From: Dehalococcoidia bacterium
GTDB taxonomy: Bacteria > Chloroflexota > Dehalococcoidia > Lucifugimonadales > Australimonadaceae
Direction of reading: 5' to 3'
Assembly (NCBI GenBank): GCA_034422795.1
Contig: DAOUJK010000022.1
Coordinates: forward strand, 134,556 to 198,555
Length of the DNA stretch: 64,000 nt
Each line of letters begins with the position of its first letter. The first letter of the stretch is position 1. The notes under the pieces were generated by a model. That model made no database searches and had not been told where the DNA came from. It was given only the letters and a program-made list of their open reading frames with translations. A program made the position numbers and the translations under genes. Positions 23,833-33,569 of the stretch are shown piece by piece.

Positions 23833-25488
23833 CTACTCGATGGAGACGAGGTAATGATAGTGGGGCTGACCGCCTTCGTGCACTTCCATCTCGATGCCGT
23901 CGAAGCGCTCTGCGATGGCGTCTGCCGCTTCCTGCGCAGCCTCCTCGCTGAGCCCCGCGCCGTAGTAGAGCGTCACCAGCGCCCCTTCCTCCGGCCCGGC
24001 GGACTCCAGCATCGCGGCGAGCGCATCGTTCGGGGTCGCGGCAGCCGCTGCCAGCGCGCCGTCCAGTATCGCGATGGCCTGCCCTTCCTGCACGTCGACC
24101 CCGTCGATCGTGGTCGAGCGCACCGCCGTAGTCACCTCGCCGGAGCGAACGCTGTCGAGCATGCCCCGCATCGCCTCGGCGTTCTCCTCGCCGGTCAGAT
24201 CGGGATTGAACGCCAGCATCGCCGCCATGCCCTGCGGGACGTTGCGGGATGACACGACTGCGATGGGCGACTCGGAGAGCTCGGCCGCCTGTTCCGCCGC
24301 GAGCACGATGTTCTTGTTGTTCGGCAGCACGATGGTGAACGCGGCGTTCGTCTTCTGCACCGCGGCGATGATGTCAGCCGCGCTCGGGTTCATCGTCTGC
24401 CCCCCGGACACGGTCGCCGCCGCGCCGAGGCTGCGGAAGACGCGGGCGATGCCGTCGCCCGGCGCAACCGGTATGACCGCGAGCGCCGCGGCCTCCGCCT
24501 GCTCCGGGGCGTCGCCGCCGTAGCCATGGAGGGACATGAACTCCTCGTGCTGGAGGTCCATGTTCTGGATGTTGATCTGGTCCAGCGCGCCGAGCGCCGC
24601 CCCTATGCTCAGCAGCGGCCCCGGGTCCTCAGCGTGGGCATGCACCCGCACGATGCGGTCGTCCCCGACCACGACCGTCGACGCCGCCATCGCCATCACC
24701 TGATCGCGCACCGCGTCAGGGTCGAGCCCCTCGCCCTGCACGACAAACTGCGTGCAGTAGCCGTACATCTCTTCTTCCGTGTGCTCCAGGAACTCGTGGC
24801 TCACGTTCGCGGCGGCGCTTTCGAGCCCGCCCTCCGGCGCGGTGATGCGCAGGGCGACCGGCTCCTCGCTCACAAAGCTGACCATCCCCGCGAGGAAAGC
24901 CACGACCCCCTGACCGCCCGCGTCCACGACGCCTGCCTGCTTCAGAACGGGCAACTGCTCCGGCGTGTACGCCAACGCGCGCTCGGCGGCCTCGTAGGCG
25001 ACGCGCAGCACGTCCGGCGCGTCCGGCGTTCCATCCGGCGGATGCACTGCCTCCGCCGCCGCCCGCATGACGCTGAGCATCGTTCCCTCCACCGGGTTGC
25101 CGACCGCCTGGTAGCCCGCATCCGCCGCCGCCCGCAGCGCCGCCGCGAATGCCGCGCCGTCCGCGCGCTCGCACTCCGCGAACCCGTTGGCGAGCCCCTT
25201 CATGAACTGGGAGAAGATGACGCCGCTGTTGCCTCGGGCCCCGAGCAGCGCCCCGCGGGCCAGCGCACTGCTCATCGCTCCCACGGTGGCAGATGCCGCG
25301 TCCGGTAGCTCGGCGGACGTCGCGGCGCGCAGCGTCAGCAGCATGTTGATGCCGGTGTCGCCGTCCGGCACGGGGAAGACGTTGAGGGCGTTGATGGCGT
25401 CGACGTTCGCTTCCAGGCACCCCGCGCCGGAGACGACCAGTCGGCGGAAGTCCTGTGCGTTGAAGGTGGAAGATGGCTGTTCGTTCAT
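23833..25488 (-). CDS. DAK2 domain fusion protein YloV (fatty acid kinase FakA-like)
   Basis: N-terminal DhaL/Dak2 motif 'PDGDTGINM'. Length 551 aa, typical of the YloV/FakA family. It is divergent from rpmB, as in Firmicutes. Confidence 0.85.
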   Translation of the reverse strand: MNEQPSSTFNAQDFRRLVVSGAGCLEANVDAINALNVFPVPDGDTGINMLLTLRAATSAELPDAASATVGAMSSALARGALLGARGNSGVIFSQFMKGLANGFAECERADGAAFAAALRAAADAGYQAVGNPVEGTMLSVMRAAAEAVHPPDGTPDAPDVLRVAYEAAERALAYTPEQLPVLKQAGVVDAGGQGVVAFLAGMVSFVSEEPVALRITAPEGGLESAAANVSHEFLEHTEEEMYGYCTQFVVQGEGLDPDAVRDQVMAMAASTVVVGDDRIVRVHAHAEDPGPLLSIGAALGALDQINIQNMDLQHEEFMSLHGYGGDAPEQAEAAALAVIPVAPGDGIARVFRSLGAAATVSGGQTMNPSAADIIAAVQKTNAAFTIVLPNNKNIVLAAEQAAELSESPIAVVSSRNVPQGMAAMLAFNPDLTGEENAEAMRGMLDSVRSGEVTTAVRSTTIDGVDVQEGQAIAILDGALAAAAATPNDALAAMLESAGPEEGALVTLYYGAGLSEEAAQEAADAIAERFDGIEMEVHEGGQPHYHYLVSIE

Positions 25489-25591
25489 GGGTTCGCCAGC
25501 AGCGCGAGAGCGTGCTACACTACATGTCCGCGCCTCTAAGAGGGTGCGCGCATTCTACCCTGCCGGATGGGTTCCGGCGACAGAGAGCATC

Positions 25592-25786
25592 ATGGCCAGT
25601 TGTGAACTCTGCGGCGCTCGCCGCCGCGCGGGCAAGAACGTCAGCCACTCCAATCGGCACACGAACCGCTGGTTCTTCCCGAACATCCAGCGAGCGATGC
25701 TCACCGTCGGCGGCAAGACGAAGCGGATGAGCGTCTGCACCCGCTGCCTCCGCACCGTCCAGAACAAGCGGATGCTCTCGGCCTAG
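25592..25786 (+). CDS. rpmB: 50S ribosomal protein bL28
   Basis: 'CELCGARRRAGKNVSHSNRHTNRWFFPNIQ' is canonical bL28. The start is inside the longer track ORF 25187-25786. Confidence 0.92.
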   Translation: MASCELCGARRRAGKNVSHSNRHTNRWFFPNIQRAMLTVGGKTKRMSVCTRCLRTVQNKRMLSA

Positions 25787-25800
25787 GCCTCCGCCTCGTC

Positions 25801-27045
25801 CTACCCCTCACCCAGTTCGAACGCATCGTGCAGTGTGCGCACGGCGTCGTCCACCTGCGCTTCGTCCACGACGCAGGTGATGCGTATCTGCGACGTCGTG
25901 ATCATCTCGATGTTCACACCCGCCTCCGCGAGTGAGGAGAACATGACGGCGGCAACGCCCGGTGCGTTCTGCATGCCCGTGCCGACGATGCTCACCTGCC
26001 CCAGGTTGTCGTGTGAGACACACTCACCCGCACCGATGGTCCCGGCTACTCCCTGCGTCACCTGCAAGGCCTCCCGCAGGTCGGAGCGGTCAACCGTGAA
26101 TGAGAGGTCGGTCAACCGCTCGGCGCTGGCGTTCTGGACAATGGTGTCCACGCTGATGTTGGACGCCGCCAGCGGCTCGAACACCGCGGCGGCGATGCCA
26201 GGACGGTCCGGCACGGCGCGCAGCGTGATACGCGCGACCCCGCGCTCGTAGGTGACTCCCCGCACTTTGTTGGCGACTTCCATCCCTTCTCCTTCCGGCA
26301 CGCCGGCCCCTGCCAGCCCCACGTCGTGGATCAGTGTGCCCGGCACGTCCCGCGCGCTCGACGCCACCAGCACGGGCGTGTTGTACCACGCCGCCAGCTC
26401 TATCGAGCGCGGGTGCATCTTTGCGCCGTAGCTCGCGAGCTCCAGCATCTCCTCGTAGCCGATCTCCGACAGCTTGCGGGCGTCCGGCACGATGCGCGGG
26501 TCGGCGGTGTAGATACCGTCCACATCCGTGTACACCTCGCACCGCTCGGCCCCCAGCGCCGCAGCCAGCGCGACCGCCGTCGTGTCCGACCCTCCACGTC
26601 CCAGTGTGGTCACGTCCATCTCGTGCGTGACTCCCTGGAAGCCCGCGACGATGACGATGCGCCCTGCGTCCAGCGCCTGCTGCACGCGCTCCGCGTCGAA
26701 CTCAACGATGGAGGCGCTCCCGTGTGCGGTGTCCGTGCGTATGCCCGCCTGTGCCCCGCTCATGCTCACGGCCTCTTCACCGAGCTCTCGCAGCGCCATC
26801 GTCACCAGCGTGCACGAGACAAGCTCCCCTGTGGAGAGCAGCACGTCCAGCTCGCGCGGATCGGGCGCAGAGCTGATGGACTCGGCCAGTTCGATGAGGC
26901 GGTCGGTCGTATCCCCCATCGCCGAGACCACGACTGCGACGCTGTTGCCCGCGCGGTGAGCCGTCGCGATCCGGCCGGCCACGTGGCGTATCTTCTCCGC
27001 GTCGCCGACGGACGTCCCGCCGTACTTCTGGACGAGGACGGCCAT
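25801..27045 (-). CDS. lysC: Aspartate kinase
   Basis: 'VLVQKYGGTSVGD', 'VVSAMGDTTD' and two C-terminal ACT-like repeats. The start abuts the thrB stop. Confidence 0.92.
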   Translation of the reverse strand: MAVLVQKYGGTSVGDAEKIRHVAGRIATAHRAGNSVAVVVSAMGDTTDRLIELAESISSAPDPRELDVLLSTGELVSCTLVTMALRELGEEAVSMSGAQAGIRTDTAHGSASIVEFDAERVQQALDAGRIVIVAGFQGVTHEMDVTTLGRGGSDTTAVALAAALGAERCEVYTDVDGIYTADPRIVPDARKLSEIGYEEMLELASYGAKMHPRSIELAAWYNTPVLVASSARDVPGTLIHDVGLAGAGVPEGEGMEVANKVRGVTYERGVARITLRAVPDRPGIAAAVFEPLAASNISVDTIVQNASAERLTDLSFTVDRSDLREALQVTQGVAGTIGAGECVSHDNLGQVSIVGTGMQNAPGVAAVMFSSLAEAGVNIEMITTSQIRITCVVDEAQVDDAVRTLHDAFELGEG

Positions 27046-27975
27046 CTACTCCAGTCCCTCGGGGTGCGGTATCACTTCCGCGCCGCCTCGCGTCGGTTTG
27101 AGCACCTGGAAGGTGCCGGTGAGGCCGGACTTGTCGCCCGCATCCGCCATCTCGTAGCCGATGGTGAATGCCCGGTTCTCGCCCTGTTTCGTGAACGCGA
27201 CCACGGACGAGCCTGCGCCGGAGAGGAAGACCCCGCGTGCGCCCGCGGCCAGCGCGTGGTCGAAGATCACCTTCATCTGGCGGTACACCTGCTGGCGCTG
27301 CGGCTGGTGCAGCCTGTCCTGCGTCGCAAGCCGGAGGTACTCCGGACGGTCCAGCGCGAGGCTCGCCACGAGCAGGGCGGTGCGCCCCGCGTTGAAGACC
27401 GCGTCCCCGCGCGATACCTCAGGTCCCAGGACACTCCGTGCCTCGTGCGTCGCCATGGGTTTGTCCGGGATGTAGACGACACACTGGAGGTCCCCGGGTA
27501 GGGGAACGGGCGCGGCGTGCACGGTCTCGCCGTCCGCGACCACGATGCTCAAGCCGCCCATGAGCGCGGGCGCGACGTTGTCCGGGTGCCCTTCGATCTC
27601 CGTCGCCAGCTCGAGCAGGCGGTGCGGTGAGAGCGGGTAGCCCAGCAGCGCATTCGCGGCGTAGATGCCGCCCACGATGGCCGCTGAACTGCTGCCGAGC
27701 CCCCTGCTGAGCGGTATCTCCTGCCACGCCTCTATCGAGAGGTTGCTTCCGGCGTTGCCGGTCTCCATCAGCACGCGCTCGGCGGAGCGGTACATCAGGT
27801 TGCCGGAGTCGCGCCGCAGGTGCTCCGCGCCCAGCCCGTGCAGGATGATCGTGGGCTTATCGGCCCAACCTACGCGCATCGTGTTCCACAGCGACAGCGC
27901 CATGCCAAGGCAATCGAAGCCTGGCCCGAGGTTCGCTGTGGTCGCGGGAACGCGGATGGTGAGTACGTCTGACAT
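27046..27975 (-). CDS. thrB: Homoserine kinase
   Basis: GHMP kinase motifs 'ATTANLGPGFDCLG' and 'IPLSRGLGSSSAAIVGG'. ATG at 27975 is preferred over 28011. Confidence 0.9.
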   Translation of the reverse strand: MSDVLTIRVPATTANLGPGFDCLGMALSLWNTMRVGWADKPTIILHGLGAEHLRRDSGNLMYRSAERVLMETGNAGSNLSIEAWQEIPLSRGLGSSSAAIVGGIYAANALLGYPLSPHRLLELATEIEGHPDNVAPALMGGLSIVVADGETVHAAPVPLPGDLQCVVYIPDKPMATHEARSVLGPEVSRGDAVFNAGRTALLVASLALDRPEYLRLATQDRLHQPQRQQVYRQMKVIFDHALAAGARGVFLSGAGSSVVAFTKQGENRAFTIGYEMADAGDKSGLTGTFQVLKPTRGGAEVIPHPEGLE

Positions 27976-28067
27976 GGAAGCGGGGGCACGCCGTCTCCGG
28001 CTGCCCCGCAATTATACGGCACACAGGGAGCCGCGCGTGGTCGGCAGGCATACCCCACGAACAACGA

Positions 28068-30923
28068 CTAAGCGTTGTCTTCTTCCGACTCCTCAGCCTC
28101 CGGGAAGAGGGGCGCCTGCATGGCGTGCCACATCGAGACGGTCATGTCGCTGCCATCATCGCCTGCATCCGCTTCTTCAACTGCGCTGGGCGCTTCTTCG
28201 ACAACTGCTGTCGGTGCTGCGCCACTGGGTGCGTCGTCGCTCTCAGCGTCTTCGCCTGCGTCCCCGGTTTCGACCGCGTCGTCGACTTCGAGGATGTCGT
28301 CGGCCTCGGGAGCGTTGTCGTCGACCGCATCCCCGGCTTCCTCGCTGTCGGGAGCCTCCTCAGCCGCAGCGGCGGCAGCATCGTCGAGCGTCGCGGCTGA
28401 CGCGTGCCCGTTCGTGGACACTGCGCGGGCCTTCTTCGGCTGCACCTTCGGCAGCTTCTCGAAGTCCTCCCACGTGCGCTCGCGGAACGCGCTCATGGAG
28501 ATAACCACGTCGTCATCCGCGAGCTTGGTCATGATCTTCACGCCCTGCGTGTTGCGCCCCAGCGTGCGGATCTCCGCGAGCGACGTGCGGTAGACCATCG
28601 CGTTGCGGGAGCCCACCATGATCTCCTCGTCGTCGGCGCCGGTCACCACCGCCCCGGCGATGGGGCCCGTCTTCTCCGTGATCTTCATGGCGATGACGCC
28701 CTGCGTGTTCCGCCCGGTGGTGCGGAACGTCTCCACCGCAGTGCGCTTCCCGTAGCCGCGTTCGCTCACGATGAGCAGCCGGGCATCCGGGGTGACGACC
28801 TCCATCGACACGACCTCATCGTCGTCCACCAGCCGCATGCCGCCGACTCCGCCCGTGCTTCGTCCCTGCCGTTCGGTCACCGCGTCCAGGCTGAACTGCA
28901 CGCCTTTGCCCTTGCGGGAGATGAGCACCGCGTTCATGCCCTCTTCCGCGAGGCGCGCCGTAAGCAGGCTGTCGTTCGGCTCCAGGTCGAACGCTGCGAG
29001 CCCCACGCGGCGGATATGCTGGAACTTGTCCAGATGCATCTTCTTCACCTTCCCCTTGCGGGTGGCCATGAAGATGAAGAGGTCCGCCAGCGGCTCCGGG
29101 ATGGCGACGACCGCCGTGACGGTCTCCTCGTTCGGGTTGATGGACTCGATCAGGTTCTGGATCGGCGTGCCGCGTGTCTGGCGCGACGAGTCCTCCCCCA
29201 CCTCGAACACGCGCTTGCGGTAGACGCGGCCCTTGTCCGTGAAGAAGAGCAGGTAGTCGTGCGTGTCCGCCACCACCAGCTGCTGCACCGCGTCGCCCTC
29301 GCGCCGCTCCTGCCCCTTCACGCCCTTGCCGCCGCGCTTCTGCAGGCGGTAGAGCGAGATGGGCAGACGCTTGATGTAGCCGCGGTCGCTCAGGGTGATC
29401 ACCACGTCCGCGTGGGGCGTCAGCTCCTCCTGGGACTGGTCACGCGCCTCTTCGTCGGATATCTCGGTGCGGCGGTCGTTGCCGAACGCTTTGCGCAACT
29501 CGGCCGTCTCCGTCTTGATCACCGCCAGCACCTTGGCCGGGTTGGAGAGCAGCGATTGCAGCTCGTCGATGCGCTTCATCAGCTCCTGGTACTCGTTCTC
29601 GATGCGCTCGCGCTCCAGCGCCGCCAAGCGCCGCAACTGCATCTCCAGGATCGCCTGCGCCTGCGCCTCGGTCAGCCCGAACTGCTGCATGAGGCCGTTG
29701 CGCGCCGCCTCGGTGTCGGCGGACGCGCGGATCAGGGCGATGACCTCGTCCAAGTGTTCGAGCGCCACCCGCAGGCCTTCCAGGATGTGCGCACGCTCCC
29801 GCGCCCGCGTCAGGTCGTACTCAGCCCTCCGGCGGACCACTTCCTTGCGGAATTCCAGGAAGCGATTCAGTGCGGAGCGGAGAGTCAATACACGGGGCTG
29901 GCCGTCCACCAGCGCGACCATGTTCACGTGAAAGGCGTTCTGCATGGCCGTGTGCTGGTAGAGGTTGTTCAGCACGACGCCCGCAGCGGCGTTGCGCTGC
30001 AGCTCGATCACCATGCGCATGCCCTCTCGGTCGGACTCGTCGCGCACCTCGGAGATGCCGTCTATCTTCTTCTCCTTGGCGAGCGTGGCGATCTTCTCGA
30101 CGAGCGCCGCCTTGTTCACCTGGTACGGCAGTTCCGTGACCACGATGCGCTGACGCGAGCCGCTCTTGTCTACGTCCTCCACCGCCGCCTTGGCGCGCAC
30201 CATCACGCGCCCGTGGCCGGTCTGGTAGGCATCCTGAATGCCCTCCCGCCCCATGATCGTCGCGGCTGTGGGGAAATCCGGTCCCTGAACGAAGTTCATC
30301 AACTCTTCGGTCGTAGCCTCGGCGTTGTCCACCAGGTAGTCGAGCGCGTCGCAGACCTCCCGCAGGTTGTGGGGAGGGATGTTGGTGGCCATGCCAACCG
30401 CGATGCCAGAGGCGCCGTTGACCAGCAGGTTCGGCAGGCGGGCAGGAAGAACGGTCGGCTCCCGCTGGGAACCGTCGTAGTTGTCGACAAAGTCGATGGT
30501 GTCCCGGTCGATGTCCTGCAGCAACTGCTCGGAGATCGGTGCGAGGCGCGCCTCCGTGTACCGCATCGCCGCGGGGGGGTCGTCGTCGACCGAGCCGAAG
30601 TTGCCCTGACCGTCCACGAGCGTGTGCCGCATGGAAAAGTCCTGCGCCATGCGGACCAGGGCGTCGTACACCGGTGAGTCGCCGTGGGGGTGGTACTTGC
30701 CGAGCACTTCGCCCACGACGGCGGCGCTCTTCTTGTAGGAGGAGCCTGGGCGGAGCCCCATGCCCTGCATCGCGTAGAGGATGCGCCGGTGCACGGGCTT
30801 GAGCCCATCGCGCACGTCGGGCAGCGCACGGGAGACGATGACGCTCATCGCGTAGTCAAGGTACGCGCTGCGCATCTCCTCTTCTATGCGTACGGGTCTG
30901 ACGTTGCCGTTCCCCGTTACCAT
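28068..30923 (-). CDS. gyrA: DNA gyrase subunit A with ~135-aa acidic C-terminal tail
   Basis: '[14 protein letters not shown]', 'GKYHPHGD' and '[10 protein letters not shown]' (catalytic Tyr), followed by beta-pinwheel CTD repeats and then an Asp/Glu/Ala-rich tail (nt 28071-28475). Confidence 0.95.
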   Translation of the reverse strand: MVTGNGNVRPVRIEEEMRSAYLDYAMSVIVSRALPDVRDGLKPVHRRILYAMQGMGLRPGSSYKKSAAVVGEVLGKYHPHGDSPVYDALVRMAQDFSMRHTLVDGQGNFGSVDDDPPAAMRYTEARLAPISEQLLQDIDRDTIDFVDNYDGSQREPTVLPARLPNLLVNGASGIAVGMATNIPPHNLREVCDALDYLVDNAEATTEELMNFVQGPDFPTAATIMGREGIQDAYQTGHGRVMVRAKAAVEDVDKSGSRQRIVVTELPYQVNKAALVEKIATLAKEKKIDGISEVRDESDREGMRMVIELQRNAAAGVVLNNLYQHTAMQNAFHVNMVALVDGQPRVLTLRSALNRFLEFRKEVVRRRAEYDLTRARERAHILEGLRVALEHLDEVIALIRASADTEAARNGLMQQFGLTEAQAQAILEMQLRRLAALERERIENEYQELMKRIDELQSLLSNPAKVLAVIKTETAELRKAFGNDRRTEISDEEARDQSQEELTPHADVVITLSDRGYIKRLPISLYRLQKRGGKGVKGQERREGDAVQQLVVADTHDYLLFFTDKGRVYRKRVFEVGEDSSRQTRGTPIQNLIESINPNEETVTAVVAIPEPLADLFIFMATRKGKVKKMHLDKFQHIRRVGLAAFDLEPNDSLLTARLAEEGMNAVLISRKGKGVQFSLDAVTERQGRSTGGVGGMRLVDDDEVVSMEVVTPDARLLIVSERGYGKRTAVETFRTTGRNTQGVIAMKITEKTGPIAGAVVTGADDEEIMVGSRNAMVYRTSLAEIRTLGRNTQGVKIMTKLADDDVVISMSAFRERTWEDFEKLPKVQPKKARAVSTNGHASAATLDDAAAAAAEEAPDSEEAGDAVDDNAPEADDILEVDDAVETGDAGEDAESDDAPSGAAPTAVVEEAPSAVEEADAGDDGSDMTVSMWHAMQAPLFPEAEESEEDNA

Positions 30924-31023
30924 GCGGCTCCTTTCGCGTTATGCGGGGAGTGGCCGCCAAACAACCACAACATGTGGTGGGCGGGGGACTGCCGCTTCCC
31001 AGATATGTGATGAAAGTCAGTCC

Positions 31024-31052
31024 ATTATAGCAAAAGTATCTGCCGTCCCCAA
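31024..31052 (-). promoter_or_regulatory. Putative sigma70-type promoter of gyrA (TTGGGG-17-TATAAT)
   Basis: On the minus strand, 'ttgggg' (31052-31047), a 17-nt spacer and 'tataat' (31029-31024), about 100 nt upstream of the gyrA ATG. Confidence 0.4.
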
Positions 31053-31092
31053 CACGCAGGTGGCACGCGTTTCACTCCCAAATCCGCGGTCC

Positions 31093-31620
31093 CTACTCAG
31101 CAGGGTGGCCCTTGTAGATGGCTACCGGCAGGCGCGACCAGCGGAGATGCTCGATGAGCAGGGTGTCGCCCTCCTGAAACTTCCGGTAGGTCGCCAGGTC
31201 GATGGGAAAGCGAACGCGCCCCAGCGTCGTGACGTACGGCTTGGGCGGCATCGGGTTGAAAGGATGCCGCCTCGCGACGGGCCCCAGCTTGCCCGGAACA
31301 AAACCGTGCCTCGCGTACAGCTCAAAGCCTCCCAGCAGCGTCCGTGTGAAAAAGAGCACCGCTACCACCAGAAACACGTTCGCGACCAGGGACGAGCCAC
31401 CTAACGGGAAGGCCAGCGCCAGCGCCATCAGGAGCACGGCAACCACCGCGATGATGACGTTACGGGTGGTCGGCCGGATCAGGTCGCTCCGCTCGGACGA
31501 CCAAGCGAGGCGGAACTGCATCCCGCAGTGCACGCACGTCGCGTCGCGGGTCAGGTAGAGATGCCGGCATTCGCCGGAAGCATCCACCTGCTGTTGTGGT
31601 TGACTGGGACGCCTGCTCAT
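31093..31620 (-). CDS. Hypothetical membrane protein with N-terminal Cys-pair (zinc-ribbon-like)
   Basis: 175-aa ORF with 'CRHLYLTRDATCVHCG', then two hydrophobic helices. The start overlaps the stop of the upstream amidotransferase gene (ATGA). No family was recognised. Confidence 0.5.
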   Translation of the reverse strand: MSRRPSQPQQQVDASGECRHLYLTRDATCVHCGMQFRLAWSSERSDLIRPTTRNVIIAVVAVLLMALALAFPLGGSSLVANVFLVVAVLFFTRTLLGGFELYARHGFVPGKLGPVARRHPFNPMPPKPYVTTLGRVRFPIDLATYRKFQEGDTLLIEHLRWSRLPVAIYKGHPAE

Positions 31621-32306
31621 CGCGGCATGTCTCCAGCCTCGTAGCGTTCAGCCCATCCGGCGAGCCACGCGAACAGTCTGCCGAAGCTCTTCGGCACCTC
31701 ATCCTCGCGCTCGGGGTGGCACTGCACCGCAACCAGCCAGGGGTGCTCCGGGCTCTCCAGCGCTTCCACGATGCCGTCCTCCGGGTGGTATGCCGACGCC
31801 ATCAGGCCCGGCGCGCGCTGCGCTTCCTTCAGCCCCTGGTGGTGACGGCTGTTCGTGCGGTAGACCGCCCCAGCGCCGATGATGGCTCCGAGACGGCTCC
31901 CAGGGGACACGTACACCTGGTGCATCGCCGATTTGAACTCCGGCAGCGTGTGCCCCGGCAGATCCTGGATGAGCCTGCCGCCCATCGCCACGTTGATGAG
32001 TTGCATCCCCCGGCATATCCCCAGGGTCGGCATGTCCTCCCGCACCGCGTAGCGGAACAGCGTCATCTCCATCTCGTCGCGCTCGCGGCTGATGCCCATC
32101 GCTCCATCCTGCTCCTCGCCGTAGAGGGCCGGGTCGATGTCGCCGCCGCCACTCAGCAGCAGGCCGGACACGCCGTCCATGGCTTCTTCTACGGACGTGA
32201 ACCGCTCCGGCGTGAGCACCCGGGCCTGCGCACCGCGCGACTCCAGCGAGGCCACGTAGTTCGTTGCCGCACGGTCGCTGGAAGCCGTTACCCCGATCAA
32301 CGCCAC
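31617..32306 (-). CDS. Class I glutamine amidotransferase-like / peptidase C26 (gamma-glutamyl-GABA hydrolase family)
   Basis: Nucleophile elbow 'LGICRGMQLINVAMGG' and 'VAVQCHPE' (His-Glu). Confidence 0.85.
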   Translation of the reverse strand: MALIGVTASSDRAATNYVASLESRGAQARVLTPERFTSVEEAMDGVSGLLLSGGGDIDPALYGEEQDGAMGISRERDEMEMTLFRYAVREDMPTLGICRGMQLINVAMGGRLIQDLPGHTLPEFKSAMHQVYVSPGSRLGAIIGAGAVYRTNSRHHQGLKEAQRAPGLMASAYHPEDGIVEALESPEHPWLVAVQCHPEREDEVPKSFGRLFAWLAGWAERYEAGDMPR

Positions 32307-32309
32307 GCC

Positions 32310-33290
32310 TCAGCCCCCCAGCGCCGCGCTCAGCGCAGACGCGTCGACCCACTCCCGCGCCATCGCTCCGGCGCGCTCCGCCTTCGCAGGGTGGTGGACG
32401 CTCACCGCGTCACCCAGCGACTCCAGCGCCGCTGCCGTGTCTTGCGTGTTCGAGCTCACCGCGATGAGCGGCACGTCCAGTTCATCCGCGCGTTGGTATA
32501 CGTACTGCGACGGGGTCTCGCACCCCGTGAGGAAGAGTGCATTCAGGGGAAAGTTGAGCGCGCTCATCTGGATGTCTATCCGCCCGCCACGTACGACTAC
32601 GGCCTGATTCGGCAGCCGCCCGAAGTAGTTGCCGCCCCACTCCGTGATGAGCCCACCGATGAGGAAATGCTCAATCAGTTCGCTGCCGCCGTCCTCGCAC
32701 GTAAAGTATGTGCCGTACAGATGGTCTGTTACCTGCTGGACCGTCGGAGCAAGCAACAGACGCTCCTCGGGCAGGACGCCGAGCACCGGAAGCCCAGCTT
32801 CCGCAAGCTCGACAGCGAGCCGCGCGGATGCATCGTGCTCTGCATAACGCGTGCGCTTGTTCACGACGCAGCCTGCCAGCGAATCGCCGTAAGCATCTCG
32901 CCACGCTCCGCAGGCCGCCGCGCCCAGAGCGCGTTCGTACTCGAATGCGCCTATCACTACCGCGCCAATGCCCCGCGCCAGTTGTGCCCCAGCTTCACCC
33001 TCCCCCAAGACCGGGCCCTCTACCACGACCACCTCGGCCTCCGCGGCAGCGCCCTGTACAACCTGAACAGCCTGTGCCACCTGCTCCGGCGAGGGTGATC
33101 CTTCGACTACGACCGTCGCCGCAGAGCCACCGAGCGAGGCGAGGAACGCGGGGTCGGCATCGCCGGGGGGCGAGAGCGGCTTCATGAGCGTGACGCGCTT
33201 CCCCTGCGACCGCAGCAGCGACGCGAGCCCGCAGGCGACCGTCGTCGCGCCCGCTCCCGACCGCGCACCTGCAATCTGGACCACACTCAT
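32310..33290 (-). CDS. Phosphotransacetylase-N-terminal-like protein (P-loop CobQ/MinD-like domain + DRTGG domain)
   Basis: 'MSVVQIAGARSGAGATTVACGLASLL' and a C-terminal 'AVVVRGGRIDIQMSALNFPLNALFLTG...LIAVSSNT'. ATG at 33290 is preferred; the 70 upstream codons of the track ORF were ignored. Confidence 0.7.
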   Translation of the reverse strand: MSVVQIAGARSGAGATTVACGLASLLRSQGKRVTLMKPLSPPGDADPAFLASLGGSAATVVVEGSPSPEQVAQAVQVVQGAAAEAEVVVVEGPVLGEGEAGAQLARGIGAVVIGAFEYERALGAAACGAWRDAYGDSLAGCVVNKRTRYAEHDASARLAVELAEAGLPVLGVLPEERLLLAPTVQQVTDHLYGTYFTCEDGGSELIEHFLIGGLITEWGGNYFGRLPNQAVVVRGGRIDIQMSALNFPLNALFLTGCETPSQYVYQRADELDVPLIAVSSNTQDTAAALESLGDAVSVHHPAKAERAGAMAREWVDASALSAALGG

Positions 33291-33569
33291 CCTGGCTTCT
33301 GTCCTCTCGCGAGTTCCAGCCGAGTATACCAGCGCCCAACACCGCTGGTGGCCTGTCGGGCACCGTCCAAGGGTCTGGGGACAATACTCGTGCATGAAAT
33401 CGGGCGCTGTGGCTGTGTCCCGCGTGACGACGTGCGTCTCATCGCCATCGTGCGTGGATACGCGCGCAGCAGCATGGCATACATAGGCTTGATACTGCAA
33501 AGTTAATATGCTAACACAGTACTATCAACTCATCCTCCGTTCGGGTAGACGCAACATCCGCCCGCTGCC

